A stretch of DNA of 64,000 nt from positions 32,001 through 96,000 of the IMG/VR virus record IMGVR_UViG_3300033141_000124; one strand, written 5' to 3'. Shown here in pieces: positions 17,534 to 27,159 of this stretch. The notes under the pieces are model-generated. The model made no database searches and was not told the origin of the DNA. It was given only the letters and a program-made list of their open reading frames with translations. The number at the start of each line of letters is the position of its first letter. Position 1 is the stretch's first letter. Origin of the DNA: a virus. The position numbers and the translations under genes were made by a program.

Positions 17534-17739
17534 AACATTTTACAAACAACGGAAAAGAGTATATTAGAAAACAATATCCAAATATTTTTAATCATATGGA
17601 ATCAAATAAAAGAGAAGAAGATATAAAATACAGACAAGGAAGAAGAAAAGAACAGGTAGAAGGTCATGCTATAATGGCACTGATTAGTATAGCTGGTATA
17701 ATAGTAATGCTTGTCATAATGGGTTGGCTAGCATCATGA
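17530..17739 (+). CDS. Small protein with C-terminal transmembrane helix
   Basis: YRQGR followed by AIMALISIAGIIVMLVIMGWL. Confidence 0.6.
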   Translation: MKHFTNNGKEYIRKQYPNIFNHMESNKREEDIKYRQGRRKEQVEGHAIMALISIAGIIVMLVIMGWLAS

Positions 17740-18119
17740 AAGACCAACTATTTGTAGAAGCTCGTGTCAAGGATGGAGAGTTACACTTTCCAATCAAAGC
17801 ATTTGAGATAAAATTTAAAAACTTTTTAAAAGATCAGCCTGAGAGTGCTAGGCTGGATATATTTATTGGTGTCAATGATGGTAAGGGTAGTAACCCACAG
17901 CTAGCAAGAATACATGCTATGATCAGAGAGATAGCCAATGAGATAGGTCATACGTTTGAAGAAGTAAAGCTTCAAGTAAAACGTAGAGCAGGCCTATGTT
18001 TTATGAGAAACAATGTAGAATACTGTAAATCTTTTGCTAAGTGTGATAAAGAAGAATTAAATCTTGCAATTCAAGCAGCAATGGAAATAGGAGACTTTGG
18101 TGGTATGCAGTTAAGATAA
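17736..18119 (+). CDS. NinB/Orf-like recombination accessory protein
   Basis: SNPQLARIHAMIREIANEIGHTFEEVK...KSFAKCDKEEL resembles the NinB/DUF1367 pattern. Confidence 0.55.
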   Translation: MKDQLFVEARVKDGELHFPIKAFEIKFKNFLKDQPESARLDIFIGVNDGKGSNPQLARIHAMIREIANEIGHTFEEVKLQVKRRAGLCFMRNNVEYCKSFAKCDKEELNLAIQAAMEIGDFGGMQLR

Positions 18120-18263
18120 AAAGACTGCATACACTTTAGCTTCTCTTTTAGAACTAAGCTTAACTGTATTTATTAATCTCTTTTCTTTAACTACTGGTTC
18201 TTGTACCTCATCTTTAGGTAGGTACTTAGGATTTTTACTGTTCAGTTTCCTCTTCTTTGGCAT
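18111..18263 (-). CDS. 50-aa basic protein (not in ORF track)
   Basis: MPKKRKLNSKNPKYLPKDEVQEPVVKEKRLINTVKLSSKREAKVYAVFLS; fills the gap downstream of 18235-18675. Confidence 0.6.
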   Translation of the reverse strand: MPKKRKLNSKNPKYLPKDEVQEPVVKEKRLINTVKLSSKREAKVYAVFLS

Positions 18264-18675
18264 CAGGTATATGTGTATTAATTTTATTTGCTAATATATT
18301 TAAAGACTCATTAAGTGTACCAGCTTTCTTAGCTTCTTCAGCATACTTTTTAAGCGTGTCATTATCTACAGGTAGATCAGTTAGTATTTCTAAGTCCTGA
18401 TCTTTAGCAAATGATTTAAATAAATGTGTTAATGAGAATATAGTATATATCTCATGTTCAATTGGTGTCATGGCAGCATCTTCACCAGTTATTTTACCAT
18501 CTACAATACCGTGGAATTTGGTAAGCAAAGCACCAAGATCCTCAGGTTTTTCATAGAATTCACTTACATATCTGTAGTATACATTCTGTAAACCAGGAAT
18601 AAATGCTGTAGATACTACAATATCTTTGATAACCTTTGTGTAGTCATAACTAACAATTTGTTTATGTTCTGCCAT
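18235..18675 (-). CDS. Hypothetical protein, counter-oriented within the replication block
   Basis: Likely start MAEHKQ at 18675, preceded by TACATTTG (18694-18701). Confidence 0.75.
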   Translation of the reverse strand: MAEHKQIVSYDYTKVIKDIVVSTAFIPGLQNVYYRYVSEFYEKPEDLGALLTKFHGIVDGKITGEDAAMTPIEHEIYTIFSLTHLFKSFAKDQDLEILTDLPVDNDTLKKYAEEAKKAGTLNESLNILANKINTHIPDAKEEETEQ

Positions 18676-18711
18676 AATTTTAGATTTTAAATACAAATGT
18701 AATAATAATAT

Positions 18712-19431
18712 ATGAAAAAACTAGACATAGATATAAATAATCTCAGAGAAAAATTAATTGAGAAAATAGAACCATCAGGGTGGGAGCCAGCATTATCACC
18801 TTTTATAAATGGATTAAGCTTTGATATGATCATGAATAGCTTGGTATCACTTGTAGAATCAGGCAGGAGATTTACACCAAAGTTTAAAGACGTAATGAAT
18901 GCTTTTGTAGAGTGTCCGTATGATGATCTTAAAGTTATTGTTATTGGGCAAGACCCATACCCACAGCTAGGAGTTGCTGACGGAATAGCTTTTAGTTGTA
19001 GTAACAAAGGTAAAGCTGAAAAGTCTTTGCAATACATACTAAAACAAACCATAGGTGATTACACTAAAACAGGTAGGGCTATATATACACCAGAAGAATG
19101 TGACTTAAGACGCTGGGCTAACCAGGGTGTGCTGTTACTTAATACAGCATTTACATGTGAGGTCAACAAGATAGGATCACATTATAACTTATGGAAACCA
19201 TATGCAGAGTATTTGTTTGACTTAATAAATAAACATAAAAAAGATCTACCGGTTATAATGATGGGTAGAAAAGCAGAAGAATGGGAAAGGTATTTCTCAA
19301 ACCATACATTATTTAAAGTAAGTCACCCAGCATCAGCTGCATACAGAGGCGGAGAATGGGATTGTAAAGATGTCTTTAATAAGGTAAATGATCACCTTGA
19401 AAAGCATGGAAAAGATAGGATTGTATGGTAG
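18712..19431 (+). CDS. ung: Uracil-DNA glycosylase, family 1
   Basis: VIGQDPYP, ADGIAFS, WANQGVLLLN, SHPAS. Confidence 0.95.
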   Translation: MKKLDIDINNLREKLIEKIEPSGWEPALSPFINGLSFDMIMNSLVSLVESGRRFTPKFKDVMNAFVECPYDDLKVIVIGQDPYPQLGVADGIAFSCSNKGKAEKSLQYILKQTIGDYTKTGRAIYTPEECDLRRWANQGVLLLNTAFTCEVNKIGSHYNLWKPYAEYLFDLINKHKKDLPVIMMGRKAEEWERYFSNHTLFKVSHPASAAYRGGEWDCKDVFNKVNDHLEKHGKDRIVW

Positions 19432-19469
19432 AATTTTGTATCTTTATAATCTTTAAAAACCAATAATTT

Positions 19470-20066
19470 ATGTGGGATTTATTCCAAGTAATGTTAAGCA
19501 AAAACGTTACACCAAACCAAGTTCTTTTATTGTTTGGTATGAAGAATGGAGTTAGCACTTCAGCTGTACATACTAAAGAAGAAGATAAGCTTCACTTAGT
19601 TAAGATAGGATATTTAGATCAGAAGAATGGTGTATATTTATTAACACCTGAAGCCAAGGCATTTTGTGTTAGGCTAGATAACTATTTTATTAAGGCTAAG
19701 AAGAAGACTGATATACAACTTATGGGTAAGAAGTATGTAACATGGATAAATGATTACAGAGAGATATTCCCAAACAAGAAACTACCTAGCGGTAAACCTG
19801 CAAGAAATAATGTGAAGGCATTAGGAGAAGCATTTAGATGGTTCTTTAATACATATGATCATGACTGGGAAACAGTATTTGCTGCAACCAGAATGTATGT
19901 TAATGAATACAGAGACAAAGACTATATGTATATGCAGACAAGTCAATACTTTATTTGTAAACAAGATAAGCACAGAGTAAAACATTCTACTCTAGCGGAT
20001 TATTGTGATATGATAATAGATGGTATTGATACAGAAGAAGATCACTTTAAAGAAAACGTAGTATGA
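19470..20066 (+). CDS. Putative replication initiator or helicase loader
   Basis: wHTH-like N-terminus, then YREIFP...YVNE...YMQTSQYFI; lies immediately upstream of DnaB. Confidence 0.45.
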   Translation: MWDLFQVMLSKNVTPNQVLLLFGMKNGVSTSAVHTKEEDKLHLVKIGYLDQKNGVYLLTPEAKAFCVRLDNYFIKAKKKTDIQLMGKKYVTWINDYREIFPNKKLPSGKPARNNVKALGEAFRWFFNTYDHDWETVFAATRMYVNEYRDKDYMYMQTSQYFICKQDKHRVKHSTLADYCDMIIDGIDTEEDHFKENVV

Positions 20067-21016
20067 AAAAGAAACCATCATGGGTGGGGCAGTATGCTGC
20101 ATTTAATGAAGCACTTAAATATATGTACGCCAGATCAACTGGTGAGGAGAAATCTATATATACACCATGGCCTAAATTTAATGATGCTACTACTGATGGA
20201 TTAGAGTGGAATACATTAACTGTAATTGGTGGTAGACCTGGTTCAGGTAAGACACTAATTAAAGACCAAATCATAAGAGAATCATTTCTATTAAATCCAA
20301 ATGATAACTTCAGAGTATTGGAGTTTCAGTTTGAGATGGTAGGAAGAACCTCAGCTATTAGAGAGTTTAGTTCTATAACCGGTAAGACATACAAAGAGTT
20401 ATGTAGTGCAGGTAGTATACTTAGTACAGATACATTAAATAAGTGTCATCAGTATGCAAAAGAAAGAGTTAAATATCCAGTAGATATTGTATCTACACCT
20501 ATGACAGTAAATCAAATGCGTGATCAGATAGATCAATATATGACAGAACATAAAGGTATACCAACTATGATTACATTAGATCATAGTATGCTTGTTAAAA
20601 GAGCACCCTATCAGAATAGCACATTAGATATGTTATTTGAATTAGGTGAGTTCTTTACACAGTGTAAGAGGGACTATCCATGTTTGTTTATTTGTTTATC
20701 ACAGCTAAACCGTAACATAGATAATCCAGATAGAGCTGTAGATGGTAAGTATGGTAACTATATACTTGAATCAGATATCTTTGGTTCAGATGCTATGCTA
20801 CAACATGCTGATACTTTAATAGGTATTAACAGGCCAGCCAAGCAGAAGATTAGATATTATGGTCCAGATAGATATATAATAGAAAATGATAGAACATTAG
20901 TGTTGCACTTCTTAAAAGCCAGGAATGGTGATGCAAGGATGTCATTCTTTAAAGCAAAGTTTGAACAAATGCAAATAGAAGAAATGGCAACGCCAGCACA
21001 ACAAGAACGTAGATGA
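20063..21016 (+). CDS. dnaB: DnaB-like replicative helicase (C-terminal domain only)
   Basis: IGGRPGSGKT, FQFEM, ITLDH, LSQLNR, KARNG. Confidence 0.92.
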   Translation: MKKKPSWVGQYAAFNEALKYMYARSTGEEKSIYTPWPKFNDATTDGLEWNTLTVIGGRPGSGKTLIKDQIIRESFLLNPNDNFRVLEFQFEMVGRTSAIREFSSITGKTYKELCSAGSILSTDTLNKCHQYAKERVKYPVDIVSTPMTVNQMRDQIDQYMTEHKGIPTMITLDHSMLVKRAPYQNSTLDMLFELGEFFTQCKRDYPCLFICLSQLNRNIDNPDRAVDGKYGNYILESDIFGSDAMLQHADTLIGINRPAKQKIRYYGPDRYIIENDRTLVLHFLKARNGDARMSFFKAKFEQMQIEEMATPAQQERR

Positions 21017-21555
21017 GTTTTAATACTAAAAATATAAATAATAAATCAATGGGACTGACACCAGCGGAAAGGAAACAAAAAGTTTCAAAGCTAAGAGAAG
21101 AGCATGAAGATTACTTTCAGACAGAGGGTAAGATAAATGCACTATATATACCTAAGATGGCTTACAGGCCTACAGGTAAAGATGATCTACATGTTAGTTT
21201 CTTTCCTAGTGAACTAGAAAAAGAACAAGACATATATACAGAGTTTGTTAGTATAGACTATGACTCAGAAGATCCAAAAAGAACTTTATACCTTCATAAA
21301 TATAATCCACATTGGAAAGAAGAGTATGAACTAATTACTTCAAGCTCAGGATTTGTAAGACACATAATCCCTGTGAGTGAGCTCAAAGTAATAAATGATG
21401 TTACTAGTAGAGGTAATGCTATTGTAGACTTTGCTAACCCAAACTTACCTGATCCAGATAAGAAAGAGGTTATAGAAGACCCAGTAGTAGGAGCACTACT
21501 TGATATCAATGATACACTAAATAAATTAATAAATGTAATTAAATCAATTAAGTAA
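21013..21555 (+). CDS. Hypothetical protein
   Basis: 180-aa ORF between DnaB and the Sak4-like ATPase. Confidence 0.7.
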   Translation: MSFNTKNINNKSMGLTPAERKQKVSKLREEHEDYFQTEGKINALYIPKMAYRPTGKDDLHVSFFPSELEKEQDIYTEFVSIDYDSEDPKRTLYLHKYNPHWKEEYELITSSSGFVRHIIPVSELKVINDVTSRGNAIVDFANPNLPDPDKKEVIEDPVVGALLDINDTLNKLINVIKSIK

Positions 21556-22239
21556 ATGGCACAAAGCGTATTAGTTATTGCTGATTCAGGTACAGGGAAG
21601 TCTACCTCAATCAGAACATTAGATCCAAAAGAGACTTTCATTATAAACATTGCTAATAAACCATTGCCTTTCAAAGGTTATAAGAGTAAGTATACTCAGA
21701 TTAGTAAAGATAACCCTAAAGGTAACATTACATCAGCTGCATCAGCTGCTGGTATAATTAAAGCAATGAACCATGTGAATGATAAAATGCCACAGATCAA
21801 AACATTAGTTGTAGATGACTGGCAGTACATGAGTTCATTTGAATACTTTGAAAGAGCAAATGAAAAAGGTTATGATAAATTTACTCAGATTGCAGCTAAC
21901 TTAGCACAAGTAGCTAAGATGCCTAAAGACATGAGAGATGATTTAACTGTTATATTCTTGACTCACTCAGAGGATTCAACAGATATAAATGGTAATAGAA
22001 AAGTAAAAGCCAAAACTATTGGGAAAATGATTGACAATACGTTAACTTTGGAAGGTCTCTTTTCTATAGTCTTATTTGGTAAAGTAAATAAAAATGATGA
22101 TGGTGAACTTGAATATGGTTTTGAAACACAAAACAATGGAGAGAACACATGTAAATCACCAATGGGTATGTTTGAAGATAAATTTATCTCAAATGACCTG
22201 CAGTATGTAAAGGATTGCATACAGAAATATGAAGAATAA
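21556..22239 (+). CDS. AAA_24 / Sak4-like ATPase (single-strand annealing)
   Basis: ADSGTGKST, LVVDDWQY, GYDKFT, FLTH, CKSPMGMF. Confidence 0.85.
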   Translation: MAQSVLVIADSGTGKSTSIRTLDPKETFIINIANKPLPFKGYKSKYTQISKDNPKGNITSAASAAGIIKAMNHVNDKMPQIKTLVVDDWQYMSSFEYFERANEKGYDKFTQIAANLAQVAKMPKDMRDDLTVIFLTHSEDSTDINGNRKVKAKTIGKMIDNTLTLEGLFSIVLFGKVNKNDDGELEYGFETQNNGENTCKSPMGMFEDKFISNDLQYVKDCIQKYEE

Positions 22240-22262
22240 TTAATTAATTAAAAAGAAAAATT

Positions 22263-22937
22263 ATGTTAAGTACTAAAGATTTGTCTGTAGGATCAGGCAG
22301 TATTAAACCAGTTGCTGGTCCAGGTAATCAAAAGATTAAAATTAATTCTATTACTTTTGATCAAACACCTTATGACTCTGAGGCATATAATATTATGCTA
22401 CATGTAGAAACAGAACCAGTTGAAGGAGAGTTTCAAGGTTTCCTAAAAGACATGAATAATCCTAATGGAGAACGTTATGAAGGCCAGGTTGGTAGAGTTA
22501 GATTCTCACCATATCCATATAAAGATACTGTTTTATCAAACGGTAATGAGATCAAAAGAGACAATGAAGTATTAAAAGCTATGGTATTTCTTGCTGAGGT
22601 TGTTGGTAAGAGAAATGAACTAGATGCTATTGAAGCTGCTACTATTGAAGACTTTATGATTAAAGCTGCAAAGGTATGCTCAAACACTGGTTACATTAAT
22701 GCTTGTCTAGGTGCACGTGAATGGGAAAACAAGGAAGGTTATGTAAACAATGACTTATTCTTACCTAAGAGAACAAGAGAAGGTGTGCCGTTAGAAGCTG
22801 TTGACACAGAGAATTCTAACATACTTACTTTTGATAAGAGTAATAACCAACATTTCAGACCATTAGTTAAGAAGGAGAATGCTACTACTACTAGCTTTGA
22901 GCCTGCTGCAGCTAACGGTGATGACTTTGATTTGTAG
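22263..22937 (+). CDS. Putative single-stranded DNA-binding protein
   Basis: Directly follows the Sak4-like gene; acidic-aromatic C-terminus GDDFDL. Confidence 0.6.
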   Translation: MLSTKDLSVGSGSIKPVAGPGNQKIKINSITFDQTPYDSEAYNIMLHVETEPVEGEFQGFLKDMNNPNGERYEGQVGRVRFSPYPYKDTVLSNGNEIKRDNEVLKAMVFLAEVVGKRNELDAIEAATIEDFMIKAAKVCSNTGYINACLGAREWENKEGYVNNDLFLPKRTREGVPLEAVDTENSNILTFDKSNNQHFRPLVKKENATTTSFEPAAANGDDFDL

Positions 22938-22954
22938 TTTGAATCAGTAATGAT

Positions 22955-22987
22955 AAGGGTGGTTTTCGTGGTTGACTTACCACCCTT
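22955..22987 (+). terminator. Terminator-like hairpin
   Basis: AAGGGTGGT / ACCACCCTT perfect 9-bp stem with a 15-nt loop. Confidence 0.6.
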
Positions 22988-23009
22988 TGATTTACACAAT
23001 ACTAATTAT

Positions 23010-23057
23010 ATGGAACCAGATTATGAATGGATGTGGGAAGTAGAAAACGCTAGATAA
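23010..23057 (+). CDS. Possible 15-aa leader peptide coupled to primase
   Basis: MEPDYEWMWEVENAR; its TAA overlaps the primase ATG (TAATG). Confidence 0.4.
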   Translation: MEPDYEWMWEVENAR

Positions 23058-24031
23058 TGTTTAGTACTAAGAATTTAGTTCTACACCCATCAGACGTACC
23101 AAGCTATTGGGTATTTCAGTATTACTTAAATTTATCAGAGGCTCTTGTGGGCCAAGACATCAAGATTAAATCCATCTTTAATCCTAATGAGAGAACACCA
23201 AGCTTTTGTATTTATGTTGATAAAGCAGCAATGCAATATAAGTTTAAAGATTTCTCAACAGGTAAGAGTGGTAACAAGGTAGATCTTGTAAAGATGATGT
23301 TTAACATAGACTTTCCTATGGCATCTCAAAAGATTACTAATGATTATAATGCACATGTCAAAGCTGGAGGATTCAAATCCCAACAGCTAACACCTCAACC
23401 AAAGTGGGAAGTTCAGTTCATAAAAGATACTGAGTGGACAGAAGCAGATGCTTCATTCTGGTTGCAGTTCAATATTGGTAAGAGTATACTTGATAAGTAT
23501 AACGTTAAACCAATTGAGTATTATAACTTAGTAAAAGAAGAGAACTATAAGGTTAAGAGTCTTAAGATAGAAGGTAAGTATATGTATGGTTATTATGATA
23601 AGGATGGTGATGTATATAAAATATACCAGCCATATAGTAAACATAAGTTTCATAAAGTTAAAAGCTATCTGCAGGGATATGATCAGTTACAATATAATCA
23701 GCCGTATCTAGTGATATGTGCTTCTCTTAAAGATGCAATGTGTCTTGCTAGCATTGGTTATAATGTAGAGACTATTGCTCCTGATAGTGAGAATACTATG
23801 ATTAAACCACACATAATAGAATACTTTAAAAAGAAATACAAAAAAGTTATAACTCTTCTAGATAATGATGAGGCCGGTAAGAAAGCTATAGATAGATATA
23901 GATCTATGTATAGAATAGATGGTCTTGTATTACCTATTTGTAAAGATATATCAGATGCTGTTAAGAAGATAGGTGTAAGCCAAGTTCATCAGAATCTAAG
24001 ACCTTTACTCAAAGAAATACTAAATAAATAA
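23057..24031 (+). CDS. dnaG: DnaG-type primase (crAss-like)
   Basis: SIFNPNERTPSF..., FKDFSTG, TOPRIM region ICASLKDAMCL, APDSEN, LLDNDEAG, KDISD. Confidence 0.88.
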   Translation: MFSTKNLVLHPSDVPSYWVFQYYLNLSEALVGQDIKIKSIFNPNERTPSFCIYVDKAAMQYKFKDFSTGKSGNKVDLVKMMFNIDFPMASQKITNDYNAHVKAGGFKSQQLTPQPKWEVQFIKDTEWTEADASFWLQFNIGKSILDKYNVKPIEYYNLVKEENYKVKSLKIEGKYMYGYYDKDGDVYKIYQPYSKHKFHKVKSYLQGYDQLQYNQPYLVICASLKDAMCLASIGYNVETIAPDSENTMIKPHIIEYFKKKYKKVITLLDNDEAGKKAIDRYRSMYRIDGLVLPICKDISDAVKKIGVSQVHQNLRPLLKEILNK

Positions 24032-24033
24032 TT

Positions 24034-24423
24034 ATGATGAAACATAGATGGTTTATACCCGGTAATGTACCTAGTAGTAAGAATGGTAGAAGATGGACTG
24101 GTAAGTATTTTATTGCTAGCAAAGCTGTAATGAATTATAGAAAGGCTAGTAAAGAGTACTATGCTAAGTATGCTGAAGACTTCAGAAAAGAAGTTGATAA
24201 GCTTACTTCACCAGTTAGAATAAGTTTTGAGTTTATCAGAGGGACTAGACATAAGTTTGATTATATTAACCCTGCACAAACAGTACAGGATGATATGGTT
24301 AAGCACGGATGGATAGAAGATGATAATGCAGAGTTTATTATACCAGACTTCAAACAGTATTCTTATGACAAAGAGAACCCCGGTGTATGGATAGAATTAA
24401 TATTAGATGAAGAAGAAATCTAG
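24034..24423 (+). CDS. RusA-like Holliday junction resolvase
   Basis: IPGNVPSSKN...FDYIN...VQDDMV..GWIEDDN. Confidence 0.8.
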   Translation: MMKHRWFIPGNVPSSKNGRRWTGKYFIASKAVMNYRKASKEYYAKYAEDFRKEVDKLTSPVRISFEFIRGTRHKFDYINPAQTVQDDMVKHGWIEDDNAEFIIPDFKQYSYDKENPGVWIELILDEEEI

Positions 24424-24721
24424 AAAGATAATAACAATAGATGAGTTTTTTACTCTAAGGGATATGTTCAGTGGAAGCAAAGAAGATGCAGCTATAGCAC
24501 TAGCTATATACCAAGAACAGTATCAAGATAAAGATATATTAGACAGGTTAATGTGTAAAGCTTTGATGTTTAAAGAGAGAGTTGACTTTTCTATTGCAGT
24601 TCAGTATACATTTCAGATGGGAATGTCTGATATGGATACCAAGAACATATATGCCTATATAGATATAAATAAAATGGATGAAATATATAATGAAATACTT
24701 AATAAAATAACAGATGATTAA
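24407..24721 (+). CDS. Hypothetical protein
   Basis: 104-aa ORF. Confidence 0.65.
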   Translation: MKKKSRKIITIDEFFTLRDMFSGSKEDAAIALAIYQEQYQDKDILDRLMCKALMFKERVDFSIAVQYTFQMGMSDMDTKNIYAYIDINKMDEIYNEILNKITDD

Positions 24722-25877
24722 TATTCAAGATAGTGTTGCAAAGGCAACCAAGACTTTAATATTTTCTGAGCCCTTGTACGGGCTCTTTTTGATTGGTATC
24801 AATAAGAAATATAGCATACTTATACCTACAGCAGGTGTAAGTAAGAATAATATTGGAGTACAATTAACTATAAACCCTGAGTTCTTTACAGACTTATCAC
24901 CTGATCATAGGTTAGGTCTAATAAAGCATGAGCTATTACATATAGCATTTGGGCATTTAGTTCTTAGATCCAGATATGCAGACAAGAAACTATTTAATAT
25001 TGCTGCAGACTTAGAGATCAATCAATATATAAGAGCAGATAGATTACCAGAGGGTGGTTTATTGCTCAGTAGTTTTCCTGAATTAGACTTAGAGAAGAAG
25101 AAAGGTACTAACTATTACTATGAGAAACTGTTAGAAGCACAACAGGATGGAACGTCTCCAACATTAGATTCTTTGATGAGTCAGATGCAAGGAGAAACAC
25201 CATATTGTCACACTACATGGGATGACTTTAATGATATGTCAGAGGCTGATAAGAAACTATTACAAAAACAAATAGAACATCAGCTAAAAGAGGCAGCACA
25301 ACAGACCATAAAGAAGTGTGGTAATATACCGGGAGAGCTTAAGAATATTATAGATAGAATTTTGCATGTTGAACCACCAAAGTTTGATTGGAAAGGATAT
25401 CTAAAAAGATTTGTAGGCAACTCTAGTATAGTATATACTAAAAAGCTGAGACGTAAGTATAATAAAAGATACTCAGCTAATCCAGGTCTTAAGATTAAAT
25501 TCAAGAATCATATTCTTGTTGGTGTTGACACAAGTGGATCAGTAAATAATGATGAGCTAAAAGAATTCTTTAGTGAGCTTACGCATATGCATAAGACAGG
25601 TCATAAGATTACAGTGGCTCAGTGTGATACTAAACTACATACTGTCAAAGAGTTTAATCCAAAAAGAGATTGGGAAATACATGGTCGTGGTGGGACTAGC
25701 TTCCAACCAGTAATTGATCATTATAATGAGAAGAGGAGTAGATATACTGCTTTAATATATTTAACAGATGGTGAGGCTTATGCTCCAGAGAACTGTCCAA
25801 ACAATACGTTATGGGTACACAGTTCAAACTGTAGTATAAATGAAGAGTTACCAGGAAAGAAAATTCAACTTAATTAA
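24714..25877 (+). CDS. Metallopeptidase-like plus VWA domain protein (DUF2201 type)
   Basis: HELLH, FNIAADLEINQ, MIDAS DTSGS, GRGGTSF, YLTDG. Confidence 0.9.
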   Translation: MINIQDSVAKATKTLIFSEPLYGLFLIGINKKYSILIPTAGVSKNNIGVQLTINPEFFTDLSPDHRLGLIKHELLHIAFGHLVLRSRYADKKLFNIAADLEINQYIRADRLPEGGLLLSSFPELDLEKKKGTNYYYEKLLEAQQDGTSPTLDSLMSQMQGETPYCHTTWDDFNDMSEADKKLLQKQIEHQLKEAAQQTIKKCGNIPGELKNIIDRILHVEPPKFDWKGYLKRFVGNSSIVYTKKLRRKYNKRYSANPGLKIKFKNHILVGVDTSGSVNNDELKEFFSELTHMHKTGHKITVAQCDTKLHTVKEFNPKRDWEIHGRGGTSFQPVIDHYNEKRSRYTALIYLTDGEAYAPENCPNNTLWVHSSNCSINEELPGKKIQLN

Positions 25878-25886
25878 TAAAAGAAA

Positions 25887-27158
25887 ATGGCACAAGTAAA
25901 TTTAAATGTAACAGAACTTAAAGGATTTATTAATCACATTATTACTAACAACAGATTTTTACAGAAGGACGGTAAGAACTCTGTATCTGTTGAGGTTGTA
26001 GGTGAATCAGGTATTGGTAAAACTTCAAGTATATTAGAACTAGCAAAAGAAAATAAACTAAACTTTGTAAAACTTAATCTAGCACAGATTGAGGAGCTAG
26101 GTGATCTTGTTGGTTTCCCAGTGCGTCAATTCCAGATGTACAAAGAGAAGACTATCACTAAACCAGCAAATAACTTAGCTATGGTCACAGCTACACAAAG
26201 AGCTGCTGGAGCAAGCCTTGCTAACTTAAATACCACAACTACAACTAAGAAAGTAGGTATGTGGGTTGATGAGCTAGCAGTACAAGAGTATCTAAAGAAT
26301 GGATACAAGATGACTGGTAAGAATAGAATGTCTTATTGTGCACCAGAATGGATTGCAGATAAGAAAGAAGGTGGTATCCTACTACTAGATGACTGGAACC
26401 GTGCTGATGTAAGGTTTATTCAAGCAGTTATGGAATTAGTGGACCGTCAGAGTTATATCTCATGGACATTACCAAAAGACTGGCACATAATTTTGACAGC
26501 AAACCCAGACAACGGAGATTATATGGTTAACAGTGTTGACTCAGCACAGAAGACTAGATATGTAACCGCTAACTTGAAGTTTGATGTTAATGTATGGGCA
26601 GCATGGGCAGAGGAAGCAGGGATTGATACTAGATGTATCAACTTCCTGTTGCTTCACCCAGAGTTAGTAACTCAAGAAACAAATGCAAGATCTATTACAA
26701 CATTCTTCAATGCTATATCAAGCTTTGATAGTTTTGAAGATAATCTATCTATGATCCAAATGATTGGTGAGGGTAGTGTTGGAGATGCATTTGCTTCTAT
26801 GTTTACTACATTTATTAATAACAAATTGGACAAGCTTGTTACACCTAAAGATTTATTGACACATGATAATGAACAATATATTCTTAATGAGCTTAGATCT
26901 TGTATTGGTAAAGATGATTCATACCGTGCAGATATTGCATCTACATTAGCTACAAGACTTGGTAATTATTCTGTAGTATATTCTAAAGATAATACTATTA
27001 ACCAGAAGATTACTGATAGACTTAAAGCTCTGTGTACACTAGATTATTTTACTAATGATCTACAGTATCTTATTGTTAGAACCATCTTTAATGGTAATAA
27101 AAGTAAATTTAATAAACTAATGATGATCCCTGAGATTGTCAAAATGACTATGAAATAA
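25887..27158 (+). CDS. MoxR-like AAA+ ATPase
   Basis: GESGIGKT, EELGDLVGFP, LLLDDWNRA, LTANP; paired with the VWA gene. Confidence 0.9.
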   Translation: MAQVNLNVTELKGFINHIITNNRFLQKDGKNSVSVEVVGESGIGKTSSILELAKENKLNFVKLNLAQIEELGDLVGFPVRQFQMYKEKTITKPANNLAMVTATQRAAGASLANLNTTTTTKKVGMWVDELAVQEYLKNGYKMTGKNRMSYCAPEWIADKKEGGILLLDDWNRADVRFIQAVMELVDRQSYISWTLPKDWHIILTANPDNGDYMVNSVDSAQKTRYVTANLKFDVNVWAAWAEEAGIDTRCINFLLLHPELVTQETNARSITTFFNAISSFDSFEDNLSMIQMIGEGSVGDAFASMFTTFINNKLDKLVTPKDLLTHDNEQYILNELRSCIGKDDSYRADIASTLATRLGNYSVVYSKDNTINQKITDRLKALCTLDYFTNDLQYLIVRTIFNGNKSKFNKLMMIPEIVKMTMK

Positions 27159-27159
27159 A

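Noticed and set aside
18243-18263. PKKRKL resembling a eukaryotic nuclear localisation signal
   Set aside because: Short basic runs are common in this genome's small proteins and all other evidence indicates a bacterial host.
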